NCBI GenBank assembly: GCA_964355175.1
Contig: CAYHBZ010000002.1
Span: 332,537 to 396,536, forward strand
Direction of reading: 5' to 3'
Source: an uncultured Gammaproteobacteria bacterium
Lineage (GTDB): Bacteria; Patescibacteriota; Patescibacteriia; Magasanikbacterales; GWA2-37-8
Length of the DNA stretch: 64,000 nucleotides
This document shows positions 59,787-64,000 of the stretch, one piece after another; positions within the stretch are counted from its first letter, which is position 1; each line of letters begins with the position of its first letter. The notes beneath the pieces were generated by a model. The model made no database searches and was not told the DNA's origin. It was given only the letters and a program-made list of their open reading frames with translations. A program made the translations under genes and the position numbers.

Positions 59787-60560
59787 TCATTTTTTAGTTA
59801 GGTCTAATTTTTCGAAATAATTGGCTAGTCCTTTGCAATAATTTTCTACATCGTAAAATGGTAGTGGAAATTCGTAATCAAATAGTAGTTTTACCAAAGT
59901 ATCTGGAATAAATTTACCTTTTTTCTTTTTTGGTTCTCGTTTTAATTCCGGGTCGATTTCTTTTAATAGTGGGAAAATTTTTTTCGCGTAGTCTTCATAC
60001 CATAAGTTATCGAGTAAATCAGTATCTAAAGATTTTTTAGCACAATTAGCTATTTCTTTTATCAATCTGAGCCTGCTTGACTCAGCAAGCGCTGTCGAAT
60101 GGTTGTTGCATAAAATAGGAATAGGCAAACGACCAACTTTTTGCATACCGGATCCGGCGGGTTTAGTAGTTAAATAACCGTTCCAATGTTCGCTAACTTT
60201 ATTTCTAAAAAAATTAATTTCATAATAACTCGGTATATGTTTTTCTTTTTTTAAAACATCCCCAAGCTGATTAATTAGGCTGACTAATTGATAATAATCT
60301 AATGACACTTTAATTCCTTTGTCTTGCGATTCAATCATTTCTTGGGTAGTCATTTTAGTAGCACCAGATTTAGCATTCTTTGGCGAAGTTGTTATTGTTC
60401 GGGAATATGATATGTAAGCCACTCTTAAAATTCTTATGTGGTGTAGAACTTTACTTCCTAAAGGCATTAATTTACCGTAAGCTGGATTTCCTAAGGTAGA
60501 CTGATTTAAATCAGTAATCAACTTATCAAACGGTGATACTTTAAATGTTGGTGATTCCAT
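59787..60560 (-). CDS. AT-rich orphan protein with HEPN-like RNxxxxH motif
   Basis: 257 aa; FFRNKVSEHW; stop codon abuts the partial tRNA copy. Confidence 0.65.
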   Translation of the reverse strand: MESPTFKVSPFDKLITDLNQSTLGNPAYGKLMPLGSKVLHHIRILRVAYISYSRTITTSPKNAKSGATKMTTQEMIESQDKGIKVSLDYYQLVSLINQLGDVLKKEKHIPSYYEINFFRNKVSEHWNGYLTTKPAGSGMQKVGRLPIPILCNNHSTALAESSRLRLIKEIANCAKKSLDTDLLDNLWYEDYAKKIFPLLKEIDPELKREPKKKKGKFIPDTLVKLLFDYEFPLPFYDVENYCKGLANYFEKLDLTKK

Positions 60561-60612
60561 ATTAAATTTAAATTAAAAAACTACCTTTCGGTAGTTTTTA
60601 TAAACCTCTCAG

Positions 60613-60686
60613 CGGGTCGGACGGGACTCGAACCCGCAACTTCTGCCGTGACAGGGCAGTGCTCTAACCAGTTGAACTACCGACCC
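60613..60686 (-). tRNA. tRNA-Asp(GTC)
   Basis: GGGTCGG/CCGACCC acceptor stem; CTGCC-CTGTCAC-GGCAG anticodon arm. Confidence 0.96.
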
Positions 60687-60696
60687 GCTAAGGTGT

Positions 60697-60960
60697 CTAT
60701 ATTTTATTATAATTTTTAAAATACCAGACTATATACTTTCTATTTTTTGATTTTTTTAGTTTATTTTCCAATTTGGCTGATTCAGATCCGTTTTCACATT
60801 CAATCGTGCCTACGAGTTCCCAAGGTGAGCCTGTTCGAGTATAAATTTCCTCACCGTTGTTATGTTCTTTAAAGCGTCGTGCTATATCAATAGTTTTACC
60901 AATATAGTATTTATTGGTTTTTTTGCTAAAAAGCAAATAGACGCAATGTTTACCCTCCAT
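60697..60960 (-). CDS. Small stand-alone GIY-YIG nuclease (YhbQ/SLX1-like)
   Basis: VYLL...YYIGKT...RRFKEHN...YT...PWELV...LENKLK. Confidence 0.9.
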   Translation of the reverse strand: MEGKHCVYLLFSKKTNKYYIGKTIDIARRFKEHNNGEEIYTRTGSPWELVGTIECENGSESAKLENKLKKSKNRKYIVWYFKNYNKI

Positions 60961-60973
60961 ATTATTATAGTAA

Positions 60974-61031
60974 CGAACCCGCAACTTTCCCGACTAAGTC
61001 GGGATGCTCTAACCAGTTGAACTACCGACCC
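60974..61031 (-). repeat. 5' partial copy of tRNA-Asp with a palindrome replacing the anticodon arm
   Basis: Identical to the real gene from its 5' end to GGGTTCG except for the 17-nt arm (60988-61004). Confidence 0.9.
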
Positions 61032-61047
61032 AAATTTTACTTTTTAC

Positions 61048-61076
61048 ATTATAAACCAAAAAACGATTTTAGTCAA
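61048..61076 (-). promoter_or_regulatory. Sigma70 promoter of the tRNA-Asp/GIY-YIG locus
   Basis: TTGACT-17 bp-TATAAT ending 16 bp before the pseudo-tRNA. Confidence 0.75.
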
Positions 61077-61084
61077 TATTTTAA

Positions 61085-61111
61085 AGATTCCTCACTTCGT
61101 TCGGAATGACA
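61085..61111 (-). repeat. REP-like unit
   Basis: AGATTCCTCACTTCGTTCGGAATGACA. Confidence 0.8.
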
Positions 61112-61117
61112 GCGTAC

Positions 61118-61219
61118 AAAAAATAAAAAAGGTCCTAGAAGTGTTCGGTATAAGCAATGAGTAAAGGAGGGGGTACTCACGCTCTACCAAACACTCTCAG
61201 GACCTTTTTGAATGTTTGT
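61118..61219 (-). ncRNA. Candidate small RNA: one long hairpin with a CCCCCUCCUU loop
   Basis: Perfect TTGACA-17-TATAAT promoter (61254-61226), extended hairpin 61209-61126, U-rich tail. Confidence 0.6.
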
Positions 61220-61272
61220 ATATATATTATAACAATCTCATTTTGGACTGTCAAACGTTTTCTGTGGACAAC

Positions 61273-61620
61273 TTATTTGGCCACGGTCTCTACCAACTTA
61301 TCAAATACCTTTGGGTATTTAAGAGCCAATTGAGAGAGAACTTTGCGGTCCAATTCAATGTTGGCTTTTTTCAATAAATCGATAAATTTGCTGTAAGAAA
61401 GATTGTGTTTGCGAACAGCGGCATTGAGACGAATAGTCCAGAGTTGGCGCATGGTGCGCTTCTTCTTGCGGCGGTCGTTGAAAGCGTGCTGACCAGCTTT
61501 CATCTTGGCAACTTTTGCTACCTTGATCTTGGACTTACGTCCCCATCGGTAACCTTTGGTGTGTTTCAATATACCGGCGCGGCGTTTGCGGTGCAATAGA
61601 CCGCCTTTAATTCTTGTCAT
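61273..61620 (-). CDS. rplT: 50S ribosomal protein L20
   Basis: MTRIKGG...KGYRW...RQLWTIRLNAA...LDRKVL. Confidence 0.97.
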   Translation of the reverse strand: MTRIKGGLLHRKRRAGILKHTKGYRWGRKSKIKVAKVAKMKAGQHAFNDRRKKKRTMRQLWTIRLNAAVRKHNLSYSKFIDLLKKANIELDRKVLSQLALKYPKVFDKLVETVAK

Positions 61621-61631
61621 AGTTTTTAAAA

Positions 61632-61829
61632 TTAGTTGTTAGGCAAAGTAACTTGGATCACGCGGTTCAGAGTGCTGCTCATTACCATATCGGATTTTTT
61701 GTTACGGCCTACTTTACCGTTTTCACGGGAGTTAAAATGGTTTTGACCAGCGGTGCGTTTGATAATCTTACCGTTCTTGGTAACACGAAAACGTTTCGCG
61801 GTGGCCTTATGGGTCTTCATCTTTGGCAT
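61632..61829 (-). CDS. rpmI: 50S ribosomal protein L35
   Basis: [17 protein letters not shown]. Confidence 0.97.
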   Translation of the reverse strand: MPKMKTHKATAKRFRVTKNGKIIKRTAGQNHFNSRENGKVGRNKKSDMVMSSTLNRVIQVTLPNN

Positions 61830-61840
61830 ATAAATGTTTT

Positions 61841-61868
61841 AGATCCCTCACATTCGTTCGGGATGACA
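61841..61868 (-). repeat. REP-like unit between infC and rpmI
   Basis: AGATCCCTCACATTCGTTCGGGATGACA. Confidence 0.8.
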
Positions 61869-61883
61869 GATTATAAAGGTTAA

Positions 61884-62429
61884 TTAATTTTTTACAATAA
61901 TAGCGGTAATTTTGTTGCCTTGTCTTTCGGCGGCTTGTTCGAATCTAGTGGCCACCTCGGCGTTGACTTCGGCAATGAAATTTTTCATTTGATCAAAGGC
62001 TAGACCACCTTGTTGATTTTCGCGTCCGCGGAGCACGACTTCGATTTTTACTTTGTCTCCTTCATTGAGGAATTTCAGAGTTTGAGTTTTGCGGATGTCG
62101 ATATCGTGTTTGCCGATGCGTAGTGACATGCGTACTACTTTGGTATCCACCACATGTTGGTGGGCCTTGCGAATACGCTGTTCCTTTTCTTGACTATATC
62201 GGAATTGTCCAAAGTCCATGATTTTCGCGATGGGCGGTTCGGCTTTTGGATTTATTACTACCAGATCCAATTCTTGTTCACGCGCTTTGCGAATCGCATC
62301 GGCGGTGTTCATCACACCTAGTGATGAGCCGCTTGAATCCAAGGTAAATACTTGGGGAAAAGAGATGCTCTCATTAAAGAGATAATCTTTTTTTGGATCT
62401 TCTTTTTTTCTTTTATGCGAGATACGCAT
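61884..62429 (-). CDS. infC: Translation initiation factor IF-3
   Basis: LDLVVINPKAEPPIAKIMDFG, FLNEGDKVK...RGRE; infC-rpmI-rplT order. Confidence 0.95.
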   Translation of the reverse strand: MRISHKRKKEDPKKDYLFNESISFPQVFTLDSSGSSLGVMNTADAIRKAREQELDLVVINPKAEPPIAKIMDFGQFRYSQEKEQRIRKAHQHVVDTKVVRMSLRIGKHDIDIRKTQTLKFLNEGDKVKIEVVLRGRENQQGGLAFDQMKNFIAEVNAEVATRFEQAAERQGNKITAIIVKN

Positions 62430-62519
62430 TTGGTTTTTATTTATTTTTTTAGTTTGTTTTGCCAAGTCGAAGTTTTGGCATTGCTTAGTCCGTCGGCGTT
62501 AAAGCTTCGGCGAACAAAG

Positions 62520-62915
62520 TGGAGGTGGCGAGAGTTGAACTCGCGTCCAAATAATTTTGAATATACCATCTACATGCTTAGGCTGCTTATTTTTTTAAGT
62601 TGATGGATAATAAACAGACGAAATTCCAGCAACCGAGCAAGATTTACTTTCGGCTATAGTCATCTTACAGTAACTAAAGCCTACTTTCCGTGAGTGACAC
62701 CGCTTTGCGTTACGGAACCTTACGCAGGCGATGGGAAGCGGTTATTAAGCCGCAACCGGAGCAAAGCTGAAGCTAGGGCTAAAAGCGCTAGCAAGAGCAG
62801 TCTTTACTTTTGATAACAAGTTTGCACTTATTATGTGTTTCGAGGATTTACGAGGTTCAAAACGCCCTCGGCATGCGAGTGTACTCAGAAACTTTTGTCA
62901 AAGCCCAGCACCCCC
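62520..62915 (-). ncRNA. ssrA: tmRNA
   Basis: GGGGGTG/CACCTCCA acceptor stem, T-arm GCGAG-TTCAACT-CTCGC, tag frame ANLLSKVKTALASAFSPSFSFAPVAA** (62825-62745); downstream of smpB. Confidence 0.95.
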
Positions 62916-62941
62916 GACATTGAAAATTTTTAATTTTCAAG

Positions 62942-63027
62942 TGTCATCCTGAACGCAGTGAAGGATCCCTCATTTCATTCGGTATGACAATGAGTGATAA
63001 AGATTCTTCGCTTTGCTCAGAATGACA
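62942..63027. repeat. Cluster of three REP-like units
   Basis: TGTCATCCTGAACGCAGTGAAGGATCC, an overlapping inverse unit, and AGATTCTTCGCTTTGCTCAGAATGACA. Confidence 0.85.
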
Positions 63028-63035
63028 TCTGAAAA

Positions 63036-63476
63036 TTAATCTTTTAAAGATCTTTTCATTTCTCTTTCGGTGTCGCGTTTCTTGATAGTTTCTCTTTTAT
63101 CGTATTGTTTTTTACCGCGACCGACAGCGATTTCCACTTTGATAAATCGATTTTTAGTATACACTGAAAGTGGCACGATTGTCAAGCCCTTTTCGGCCAA
63201 TTTTCCTTGTAAATAGCGGATTTCTCGCTTGCGTAGGAGCAGACGACGGCTAGCGGTGGGTTCGTAGTCGGGGAGATTGCCGGCTTGAGGGTATTTGCTA
63301 ATATTGGCATTAGTGAGATACGCATCGCCATTATGGAAGGTGACATAAGTGCCTTTTAGTGACATATGTCCGGCCTTTATGGATTTAGTTTCTTGGCCAG
63401 TCAACACCAAACCAGCCTGGAATTTTTCCAGGATTTCATAATCAAATAAAGCTTTTTTGTTACTGGCTAAGGACAT
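63036..63476 (-). CDS. smpB: SsrA-binding protein
   Basis: NKKALFDY, GLVLTGQETKSIK, GKKQYDKRE. Confidence 0.97.
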   Translation of the reverse strand: MSLASNKKALFDYEILEKFQAGLVLTGQETKSIKAGHMSLKGTYVTFHNGDAYLTNANISKYPQAGNLPDYEPTASRRLLLRKREIRYLQGKLAEKGLTIVPLSVYTKNRFIKVEIAVGRGKKQYDKRETIKKRDTEREMKRSLKD

Positions 63477-63529
63477 ATTGCGTTTATTTTAGCATAAATA
63501 ATAGTAAAAATCAACCTTTTACCCCGCCA

Positions 63530-63710
63530 CCGCCCCGCCTGGTTTGGGGGATTTTTTGCCATTGCGAAGCTCTTGGAAACAAATTAATAAATTTTTTAGT
63601 AAAATGCCGCTGTTTGAGCGAAGCGAGTTCGGCATTTTATGTTAAGAAAAATTTGTTAATTTGTCCAAAGCGAAGCACAGGCAAAAAATCCCCCAAACCA
63701 GGCGGGGCGG
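63530..63710. repeat. Fold-back element family B, copy 2
   Basis: CCGCCCCGCCTGGTTTGGGGGATTTTTTGCC arm and its complement; apex GCTGTTTGAGCGAAGCGAGTTC. Confidence 0.85.
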
Positions 63711-63764
63711 GGTTGATAAAAAAAGTTGTTTTTTTTGGGTTTTTATGTTATTATCAAAATAATT

Positions 63765-64000
63765 ATGCCACTAAAATCGTTGTCGTTTAAAACACTTTCC
63801 ATTCATCCCAAATTTGCCGGTGTTATTGACCTGCTGTTTGGTGTGATATTTTTGTTATTTTTGAGAAATGTTTTTGCCGCCTGGTTTTTGGGGGCGTTAG
63901 TGTTGGCTCGTTTGTTGACTTGGGTGGTGATAGTGCGTCTTTCTTATTATCCACAATCATTAAAAAGATTTTGGCATTTGTTGGCTTTGTTAGTTTTTCA
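63765..64000 (+). CDS. Membrane protein (3'-truncated by window edge)
   Basis: Open hydrophobic frame MPLKSLSFKTLSIHPKFAGVIDLLFGVIF... running to the window end. Confidence 0.55.
   Translation, partial: MPLKSLSFKTLSIHPKFAGVIDLLFGVIFLLFLRNVFAAWFLGALVLARLLTWVVIVRLSYYPQSLKRFWHLLALLVF

Noticed and set aside
60974-61031. Ochre-suppressor (TTA) or Leu (TAA) tRNAs in the two tRNA-Asp-like copies
   Set aside because: Each copy lacks one side of the acceptor stem, and the arm forms a 7-bp stem with a 3-nt loop and no U33
59730-61031. CRISPR array or integrase-type island
   Set aside because: The repeats are tRNA-derived and separated by whole genes; no cas or integrase gene is in the window

Overview
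A 64-kb AT-rich chromosomal segment of a small-genome Patescibacteria (CPR) bacterium. It looks ABY1/Magasanikbacteria-like, judged from DUF4012, GxGC lipoprotein-type signals, a core VirD4-like ATPase and a type IV pilus cluster; the taxonomy is inference. It uses standard code 11. Most of it is housekeeping (mreB, holB, frr, glyQS, tpiA, rpmG, secA/D/F, folD, dnaX, cysS, ligA, rplT-rpmI-infC, ssrA-smpB) plus six tRNA genes. Unusual items: (1) a tRNA-Asp locus where two partial tRNA copies, with the anticodon arm swapped for a 17-nt palindrome, bracket a GIY-YIG nuclease and a HEPN-motif orphan; near-identical palindromes sit inside a group I intron and a B12 riboswitch; (2) a PEP-synthase homologue with a dead ATP-grasp domain fused to a membrane anchor and an extracellular domain; (3) a 190-nt group I intron inside the tRNA-Tyr anticodon, next to a free-standing LAGLIDADG-like ORF; (4) four 170-190 bp fold-back elements, two of them showing covariation, and a REP-like family with one copy in-frame in secA; (5) a candidate sRNA with an anti-Shine-Dalgarno loop and four GC-rich single-gene cassettes that carry SD-like sites; (6) a cobalamin-riboswitch operon encoding transcobalamin-like surface proteins. 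All calls come from manual reading of the sequence; no searches or folding programs were run.
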